Origin: Nostoc punctiforme PCC 73102
GTDB lineage: Bacteria; Cyanobacteriota; Cyanobacteriia; Cyanobacteriales; Nostocaceae
Assembly: GCF_000020025.1 (NCBI RefSeq)
Contig: NC_010628.1
Span: forward strand, 2,220,001 to 2,252,000
Direction: 5' to 3'
DNA: 32,000 nt
Shown: piece by piece, positions 25,849 to 32,000 of the stretch
How positions within the stretch are numbered: position 1 is the stretch's first letter
How the letters are laid out: every line of letters begins with the position of its first letter
Position numbers and translations under genes: made by a program
Notes under the pieces: model-generated
Told to the model about the DNA's origin: nothing
Database searches by the model: none
What the model saw: the letters and a program-made list of their open reading frames with translations, nothing else

Positions 25849-26730
25849 ATGGCTAAAAAGATACATTTCATATCAAATAGCATAGTTAAAGAAATCAATA
25901 ATTCCGATAATGTGAGTATTTTAGTATTAGACAAAGAAGAAATCATTAGCTTATTTAAGGCTAATGGAATCTTACTTTTTAGAGGGTTTGATGTTGATGT
26001 TGATATCTTTAAAGAATTTACCAATCTCTTGAGTATCGATTTTATAAATTATGCTGGTGGTGCATTCAGTAGAAGGGTAATTAATGGGGATCAAACTGTT
26101 TTAAGCGTCAATGACTTTAAATCTGAGATTAAATTGCATGGAGAAATGTATTATCAGAAAAATATCCCACTTATGTTGTGGTTTTTCTGTGCTAATCCGC
26201 CATTAGAAGATGGTGAAACTACTGTGTGTGATGGCAGACAATTTTTTCATGAAATTAGTAGTTCAACTAAAGAGTTATTCAGACAAAAGAATTTAAAGTT
26301 TACTGTTCGGATGTCTAAAGAAGACTGGCAGAAAAAATATAAAACAGATGATGTAAATCAACTAAAAGAGATATGTCGTAATAATAATACACACCTAAAA
26401 ATATTCGACGATCGATCAATTATGCTTGAATACATTTCTCCAGCAATTATTCCTAGCAGATGCGGAAATTATCAAGTGTTTATTAATAGTCTATTGCCCA
26501 CAAAGCAGTTAAGTCCAAATATTCTTAAGTTTGAAGATGATTCAGATATTCCTGAAGAGGTTGTCTCTGAACTGAATGAGATTGCTGAAAAAATTACCAC
26601 GGAAATCTCGTGGCGTAAAGGAGATATTTTAATGATTGACAATACAAGGATACTTCATGGGAGAAGGTCTTTTGCTGACGATCAAAGAGATATTTATATC
26701 AGGCTATGTTCTCCAGCTTTTTCATTTTGA
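25849..26730 (+). CDS. TauD/TfdA-family Fe(II)/2-oxoglutarate-dependent dioxygenase
   Basis: HxE of the facial triad in KLHGEMYY. Distal His and 2OG-binding Arg in TRILHGRRSF. The ATG at 25849 is preferred because the track's upstream extension (from 25696) translates the GC-rich repeat. Confidence 0.7.
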   Translation: MAKKIHFISNSIVKEINNSDNVSILVLDKEEIISLFKANGILLFRGFDVDVDIFKEFTNLLSIDFINYAGGAFSRRVINGDQTVLSVNDFKSEIKLHGEMYYQKNIPLMLWFFCANPPLEDGETTVCDGRQFFHEISSSTKELFRQKNLKFTVRMSKEDWQKKYKTDDVNQLKEICRNNNTHLKIFDDRSIMLEYISPAIIPSRCGNYQVFINSLLPTKQLSPNILKFEDDSDIPEEVVSELNEIAEKITTEISWRKGDILMIDNTRILHGRRSFADDQRDIYIRLCSPAFSF

Positions 26731-26735
26731 TATTT

Positions 26736-26830
26736 TTAGGACTTACGCAAGAGTTACGGAATAAGGAACCACAGAGGCGCAGAGGGCACGGAGAAATAAG
26801 AGTTTGAGAGACATTTTACGTAAGTCCTAA
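26736..26830. repeat. MITE-like dispersed repeat with 12-bp terminal inverted repeats
   Basis: ttaggacttacg (26736-26747) pairs with cgtaagtcctaa (26819-26830). The interior ccacagaggcgcagagggcacggag resembles a common Nostoc repeat. Confidence 0.55.
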
Positions 26831-26917
26831 TTTTATTACAGCAGATATCAAGGTACAGCATTGTTCTCCTCTGACTGCATGATTTATAGGTTATTAGTGT
26901 AGATAATTGGTATTTCA

Positions 26918-26937
26918 AGACGCGATGAACCGCGTCT
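26918..26937. terminator. GC-rich hairpin between convergent genes (TauD-like and UbiD)
   Basis: agacgcg (26918-26924) pairs with cgcgtct (26931-26937). It also matches a widespread Nostoc palindromic repeat. The U-tract is weak. Confidence 0.35.
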
Positions 26938-26987
26938 CTACATTAGGGTTTTCTTGCTCTATCTAAACTGTATTGATCTATAACAGG

Positions 26988-28496
26988 TTACTTCATATCA
27001 TAGCCAAACAAATTCGGGTCTACTTCTCCTAACTGCAACTCTGCCAAACCATATTCCGCCCATCGTCTCTCTACCATTGCCGCCACATCTGGATCAGATT
27101 CCAAAGGCGAACCCCATTCATGGTCTGTTTCCGGCGGAATCTTTGTAGTCGCATCAATTCCCATCCGTCCACCTAAGCCAATTTTTTCACTGGCAAAATC
27201 CAAGGTATCAAAAGGTGTATTTGGCAAAATAAACACATCTCGCACTGGGTCAACTTTGGAACTAATCGCCCACACCACTTGACGCGGATCGCGAATATTT
27301 ATGTCTTTATCCACAACAATTACAAATTTGGTGTAAGTAAATTGTGGTAAAGCACTCCAAAACGCTAAAGCCGCCCGTCGTGCTTGTCCGGGATATGCTT
27401 TATCTATGGAAATAATCGCTGCTTTATAACTTAAAGCTTCCATTGGGAGGAAGAAATCGACAATTTCAGATACTTGTTGGCGCAGTATGGGCGTATAAAT
27501 GCGATTTAGTGCGATCGCCATCATCGCTTCTTCTTTAGGTGGACGACCGCTAAATGTTGTTAAGTAAATCGGATTTTTCCGGTGCGTCATACACTCAAAG
27601 CGAATCAAAGGCGAATCCTCAACGCCGCCGTAATAACCCATGTGGTCGCCAAAAGGTCCATCTGGTAACACTTCTCCTGGTGTAATCGTTCCTTCCAAGA
27701 CAAATTCTGAATCGGCGGGAACTTCCAAATCTACAGTTTTACACTTCGCCAACTGCACACCAGAACCGCCGTATAGTCCAGCAAATAGCCATTCTGATAA
27801 ATCTACAGGGATGGGTGTGGCAGCTGCCATAATAATTAGAGGATCTACACCAAGTGCGATCGCTACTTCTAATTTTTTCCCACGTTCGGCTGCTTTTCGC
27901 AAATGCCTCGCCCCACCCCGCACCGATAACCAGTGAACCGTCATCGTATTTTTAGATTGTAGTTGCAAGCGATACACACCTACATTTGGTGTACCCGTCT
28001 CACAATCTTTGGTAATTACCAGTCCCAGCGTGATAATCTTGCCAGCATCACCAACATAAGGACGTATCAAAGGTAACTTATTTAAATCTAAATCATTACC
28101 TTGAAGCACAACTTGCTGACAAGCGGGGAAAAAATCTCGTCCTGGTTTCGCCTTCACCACATCAAACAATACTTTCCCAAAATCTATCGCCTGGGAAATC
28201 TTCTTCGGTGGTTTTGGCTGTTGCAGCATACTTAATTTTTTCCCCAGGGTTTCCAACTCCTCTGGATGCTGCATATTCATCGCCCAGCAAATCCTTTCCA
28301 CAGTTCCCATCAAATTCACCGCCACAGGGAAGGAAGCGCCTTTGACGTTTTCAAACAACAACCCTGGGCCACCTTTTTGCAGCATCCGGTTGGAAATTTC
28401 AGCAATTTCTAATTCCGGGTCAACTAAAGCTGAAATACGCCGTAATTGTCCCTTTTCTTCCAGAATTTTAATGAATCCCCGCAAGTCTCTCGCCAT
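26988..28496 (-). CDS. ubiD: UbiD-family (prenyl-FMN-dependent) aromatic acid decarboxylase
   Basis: MARDLRGFIKILEEKGQLRRISALVDPELEIAEISNR...GPGLLFENVKG. Full-length ~500-aa UbiD architecture. Confidence 0.88.
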   Translation of the reverse strand: MARDLRGFIKILEEKGQLRRISALVDPELEIAEISNRMLQKGGPGLLFENVKGASFPVAVNLMGTVERICWAMNMQHPEELETLGKKLSMLQQPKPPKKISQAIDFGKVLFDVVKAKPGRDFFPACQQVVLQGNDLDLNKLPLIRPYVGDAGKIITLGLVITKDCETGTPNVGVYRLQLQSKNTMTVHWLSVRGGARHLRKAAERGKKLEVAIALGVDPLIIMAAATPIPVDLSEWLFAGLYGGSGVQLAKCKTVDLEVPADSEFVLEGTITPGEVLPDGPFGDHMGYYGGVEDSPLIRFECMTHRKNPIYLTTFSGRPPKEEAMMAIALNRIYTPILRQQVSEIVDFFLPMEALSYKAAIISIDKAYPGQARRAALAFWSALPQFTYTKFVIVVDKDINIRDPRQVVWAISSKVDPVRDVFILPNTPFDTLDFASEKIGLGGRMGIDATTKIPPETDHEWGSPLESDPDVAAMVERRWAEYGLAELQLGEVDPNLFGYDMK

Positions 28497-28565
28497 TGTT
28501 CTAATAAAGCTGATTATTTAAGAAGTGTGAAGCGCTTTCTTATATTATGGGGTATTAGGGATTGG

Positions 28566-28660
28566 GCACGAGGCACTTGTACTGAGTTTCGACTGCGCTC
28601 AACTACCGCGAAGCCGTAAGCCTGCGGCATAGTACGCTTAGGGCGCAGCCTCTCCAAGAG
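28566..28660. repeat. GC-rich dispersed intergenic repeat related to 25628-25750
   Basis: ttcgactgcgctca (28588-28601) is the reverse complement of a tgagcgcagtcgaa motif. A GC-rich island sits in an AT-rich spacer. Confidence 0.5.
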
Positions 28661-29140
28661 TTGTATTGGCATTGGGAAAGGACAAGGAAGAATGCGTTCA
28701 ATAATTTTTCCTTGTTTCCTTGTCCCTCACTCCGTCATCTACCCATTTGAAAAATTGTTGGTTTTAATTGGAAATTAACCTATTTAGTCAGTTTTCTTAA
28801 CTGTCTTTTCCAAAGTATTTAGTTATTGTATCTAGGGATACGCATTTATTTTTTATAAATAAGCGCTAACCTAATCAAACATGGCCAGAACATACTATAC
28901 CTTCCTGGCAGGCGGTTTTGTTATATGACCCCTGCTAGGTTTATTTATTACAAGCTTGTACTGTGTCTTATTTTTGGATTTTTCTGAATTTTTGTGAGTT
29001 TGCGTTAGTGTAGTCCAACCCAAGCATCGCCAAAAGCATAAATTTTTGATCCTGACAAGGGGACTTTTAAAACATCCTCTGAAAGTATGGGTATCTAAAA
29101 CATAGTTGAAAATTGCTATTTATCCAAATTCAAAAATTTT

Positions 29141-30760
29141 CTAGAATTTTAAAATATCTAATGATTCTTCTATTTCCAAATCTAATATTCTTTCTTGTGT
29201 ATCTTTGAGTGCTTCTAGCTTACCTTCTTTACGATAGATGTCTGCTGCTTTATGAAAATCTTCAATCGCTCCCTGTTTATCGGCTATTTCTAAACGAATA
29301 TTGCCACGATTGTAATAAGCATCGGCATAATTATAATTAATTTGTATTGCTTGAGTATAATCTTCAATCGCTCTCTCAAAATCTCCTAAGTCAGAATGAG
29401 CATTATCACGGTTATAATAGGCATCGGCATAATTAGGATTAATCTGTATTGCCTGTGTATAATCTTCAATTGCTCCTTCAAAATCTCCTAAATCAGAACG
29501 AGCATTACCACGCTTTTTATAAGCTATGGCATCTTTTGGATTAATCTTGATTGCTTGAGGAAATCCTGGCTGAGAACTTAATAAATAACGAGCAATCCCA
29601 CGGTTTTTATAAGCATCAGCATAATGGGGATTAATTTTAATTGCCTGGGTATAATCCTCAATTGCTCCTTGATTATCTCCTATATGAGAACGAGCTTCAG
29701 CCCGGTTTTTATAAGCTACGGCAACATTAGGATTAATTCTAATAGCCTGAGTGTAATCATTAATTGCTTCTTCTAATCGACCTAGTTGAGACAGAGCTAA
29801 ACCTCGTTTATTGTAAGACTTAGCATCCTGAATATTCATCTGGATTGCCTGAGAATAATCTGCGATCGCAGCTTCATAATCACCTATTTGATAGTGAGTT
29901 AAACCTCGTTTATAATATAAATTAATATCGCTAGATGTAACTTTTAACGCTTTACCATAGTTAACGATCGCATTTGTATATTCTCCTTTTTCAAAATATT
30001 CATCCCCCAATTTTGCATAAAGTGTATTTGAATCTTCATTATTATATTCAGGTTGAAAAAAAGATTTTAGTAACTGATTATTGGTTGGCTTAGATAAAAT
30101 TTCTTGCTTCGGAAAATACTTGTAAATTGATGGTTGTTGTCTAGAAGAATTATTTATAGAAGATTGTAACTGTTCTAGATAGCACCATAAACCTCCGCCA
30201 TACAACAACTGGTCTATCCCAAAAGAAATTTTACCAGTCTTTAACTTTATCATCCGGGTTGGGAGAAACCCAGCCAAAAAAAGGTGATACTGAGATTGTG
30301 CTTCACTTACATCTTCTTGAATCAAAATGCAAACTACGACTGCATTTTTTTCAACTTCTTCAGAACTGATTGACCATCTAACTCTATCAATATTACCGTG
30401 ACGAGATTTAACCTCGATACCAATAGATGGGTCAGAAGTCAAGGTAAAATCTATATTGCCATCGCCGCCGAATCGCTTTTCATAATCGACTTCGGTAATA
30501 AAATCTGCTAAACGTTCCTTGACAACTTCCTCACCCAACTTCCCTTTAAGATAGCTAATAAACACGTCACGGACTGGCGAAACACGCTTATATTTCTCAG
30601 CCATCAACCAGCAAAATTCTCGCAGTGCCTTTAATCTCTCTCCAGAGATTATAGTTAATTCACTATATTGACCTTCGGTTTCACAATGAAGCAGACAACC
30701 AGATGTTAACCTTTTAATAAAATCAGACTGTAGCGATCGCAGTAGTGTAATCCAGTCCAT
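29141..30760 (-). CDS. Fusion protein: N-terminal PD-(D/E)xK nuclease-like domain plus a C-terminal array of ~8 TPR repeats
   Basis: N-terminal GKLGEEVVKE...GGDGNIDFTL...IGIEVKS fits the E...D...ExK pattern. The C-terminus carries 34-aa repeats AYxNRGxARSDLGDxxGAIEDYTQAIxINPNYADAY. Confidence 0.7.
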   Translation of the reverse strand: MDWITLLRSLQSDFIKRLTSGCLLHCETEGQYSELTIISGERLKALREFCWLMAEKYKRVSPVRDVFISYLKGKLGEEVVKERLADFITEVDYEKRFGGDGNIDFTLTSDPSIGIEVKSRHGNIDRVRWSISSEEVEKNAVVVCILIQEDVSEAQSQYHLFLAGFLPTRMIKLKTGKISFGIDQLLYGGGLWCYLEQLQSSINNSSRQQPSIYKYFPKQEILSKPTNNQLLKSFFQPEYNNEDSNTLYAKLGDEYFEKGEYTNAIVNYGKALKVTSSDINLYYKRGLTHYQIGDYEAAIADYSQAIQMNIQDAKSYNKRGLALSQLGRLEEAINDYTQAIRINPNVAVAYKNRAEARSHIGDNQGAIEDYTQAIKINPHYADAYKNRGIARYLLSSQPGFPQAIKINPKDAIAYKKRGNARSDLGDFEGAIEDYTQAIQINPNYADAYYNRDNAHSDLGDFERAIEDYTQAIQINYNYADAYYNRGNIRLEIADKQGAIEDFHKAADIYRKEGKLEALKDTQERILDLEIEESLDILKF

Positions 30761-31054
30761 TTATATTTCTGCGAATCTTTTGATGAGATTATTCTATTAA
30801 AATATCCAGTCGCCGTAAACCTTTTAATTAGCTTGGCAGAATTTATATCAGTCGAGGTACGGCCATCTCTGATTATGCCAAAGTTTTGACTGCTATGGGG
30901 GGTGTAAGAGTGCGATCGCTGGGAATAATACATGAAATATTAATTAGCTAACCCCAAAGCAAAAAGTTTAGAGTTTCTTCTATGGGGCTTACACAAAACA
31001 TCGCATGAATTGAGGGTTAGCAAACACATGTCAGTTGATAACCCGCAACTGTGG

Positions 31055-32000
31055 TTACTTATCAGCCTTACCAGCTTTTTTGATACCTTGCCATCTTTGT
31101 CGCAGTCGCTTCAAGTTAGGCGTATGGCCACCATAACGCCAGCCAACATAGGCTTGGCTAATTTCATCTATTACCTCAGCAGTTGCTGGGGCATGATGCT
31201 GGTACGATCCTTTGGCATACTCTAAAGGTGTTTGTGCTGGGTGTTTACCTAAACCTTTTTGGGTTGTCCATTGCAGCATTTGTTGATAAAGGCTTTCCAT
31301 TGCTGGCAATTTCTTTAACCATCGGCGGTTGCGCCACTCTCGCCACTGACCCCAAGCCAGCCAACCGAAGAATGCCGCTGTAGTTGCCAAGATTAAGCCA
31401 GTTAATATACCAAACCAACCTTGAGAAAATAAAGCTAAAAACCAAGCGATCGCTCTAATCACCCACCTAAATATTGTCTCAAATACATTATTCAACAAAC
31501 CTGTCACTGGAGATGGTAGCCATCCAGCAACCCAGTGCCATAACTGGCGCAATACACTAAAAGTTTGAGTATCTTCTACTGATGGAGGTATGAGAGGATG
31601 ATTGGGAATAGGGTCAAAAGCAAACCAGCCATATTTCGGAAAAAATACTTCCGTCATTACATAAGCGTCAGTATTGCGGACAACATATAGCCCTGTAAAT
31701 GGATTAAATTCTCCTGGACTAAACCCTGCCACTAACCGCGCTGGGATACCAATGGAACGTAGCATTACCGTGAGAACTGTTGAGAAGTGGTCAGGATAAC
31801 CACCGTTATATTTGAATAAAAAAGCTTCTACTAAGTCATCTTTTTCTTCCAAATAAGGCAAATCTAAAGGATTTTGCGGAACAGAGTAGCGTTGTTTTAA
31901 ATATTGAGCTAAGTAGAGAGCTTTTTCATAAGGTGAATCCAACCTTTTAGAAGACTTTGTGACTCTTTCTTGACTGTAGTTAGTGAGAATTTCTTCGGTG
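31055..32000 (-). CDS. Transglutaminase-like domain protein, partial (5' end beyond the right edge), with C-terminal TM helices
   Basis: The frame stays open upstream of the track's TTG at 31942 through base 31997 (...TEEILTNYSQERVTKSSKRLDSPYEKA...). Core: GIPARLVAGF...VVRNTDAYVMTEVFFPKYGWFAFDP. Confidence 0.75.
   Translation of the reverse strand, partial: TEEILTNYSQERVTKSSKRLDSPYEKALYLAQYLKQRYSVPQNPLDLPYLEEKDDLVEAFLFKYNGGYPDHFSTVLTVMLRSIGIPARLVAGFSPGEFNPFTGLYVVRNTDAYVMTEVFFPKYGWFAFDPIPNHPLIPPSVEDTQTFSVLRQLWHWVAGWLPSPVTGLLNNVFETIFRWVIRAIAWFLALFSQGWFGILTGLILATTAAFFGWLAWGQWREWRNRRWLKKLPAMESLYQQMLQWTTQKGLGKHPAQTPLEYAKGSYQHHAPATAEVIDEISQAYVGWRYGGHTPNLKRLRQRWQGIKKAGKADK

Noticed and set aside
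30706-30933. 75-aa ORF overlapping the start of the PD-(D/E)xK-TPR gene
   Set aside because: It overlaps the larger gene's 5' end in another frame. It has no SD and an unremarkable composition.

Overview
The window looks like a cyanobacterial, Nostocales-like chromosome. HIP1 octamers GCGATCGC are frequent (e.g. 1042-1049, 1206-1213), intergenic spacers carry heptamer tandem repeats, and a cphA2/cphB2-type cyanophycin pair is present.

The standout region is 1-10440, all on the minus strand, which reads as one long operon. It starts with nine small genes that each encode a peptide with a double-glycine (GG) leader. Five of these are near-identical copies in a ~326-bp tandem array with conserved stem-loops between the genes. 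Four more follow: one keeps the array's leader on a different core, and three are divergent throughout. Downstream are a protein with two cNMP-binding-like domains, a HlyD-type adaptor, a C39-peptidase ABC exporter, and a second peptidase-less ABC subunit that runs off the left edge.

No RiPP modification enzyme or obvious immunity gene is visible. The predicted mature peptides lack Cys, and the five array copies carry a net negative charge. Seven of the nine share a core architecture I do not recognise.

The transport cassette resembles the NHLP/Nif11-type bacteriocin export cassette. That comparison is from memory of the TIGRFAM definitions and needs HMM confirmation. The cargo does not resemble NHLP or Nif11 precursors.

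Divergent from this operon is a heme-c (CxxCH) DUF3365-like sensor with a HAMP domain and no output domain, followed by a ParA/MinD-like ATPase. The rest of the window is mostly housekeeping or accessory:
- ClC channel with CBS and USP domains
- Tat-signal beta-carbonic anhydrase
- cphA2/cphB2 pair
- NADAR protein
- TPR proteins
- phosphoribosyltransferase
- family-4 uracil-DNA glycosylase
- SH3b protein
- AT-rich TauD/TfdA dioxygenase flanked by dispersed repeats
- UbiD decarboxylase
- PD-(D/E)xK-like/TPR fusion
- transglutaminase-like protein lacking the catalytic Cys and His, partial at the right edge

All functional calls come from motif recognition by eye. No database search was run.
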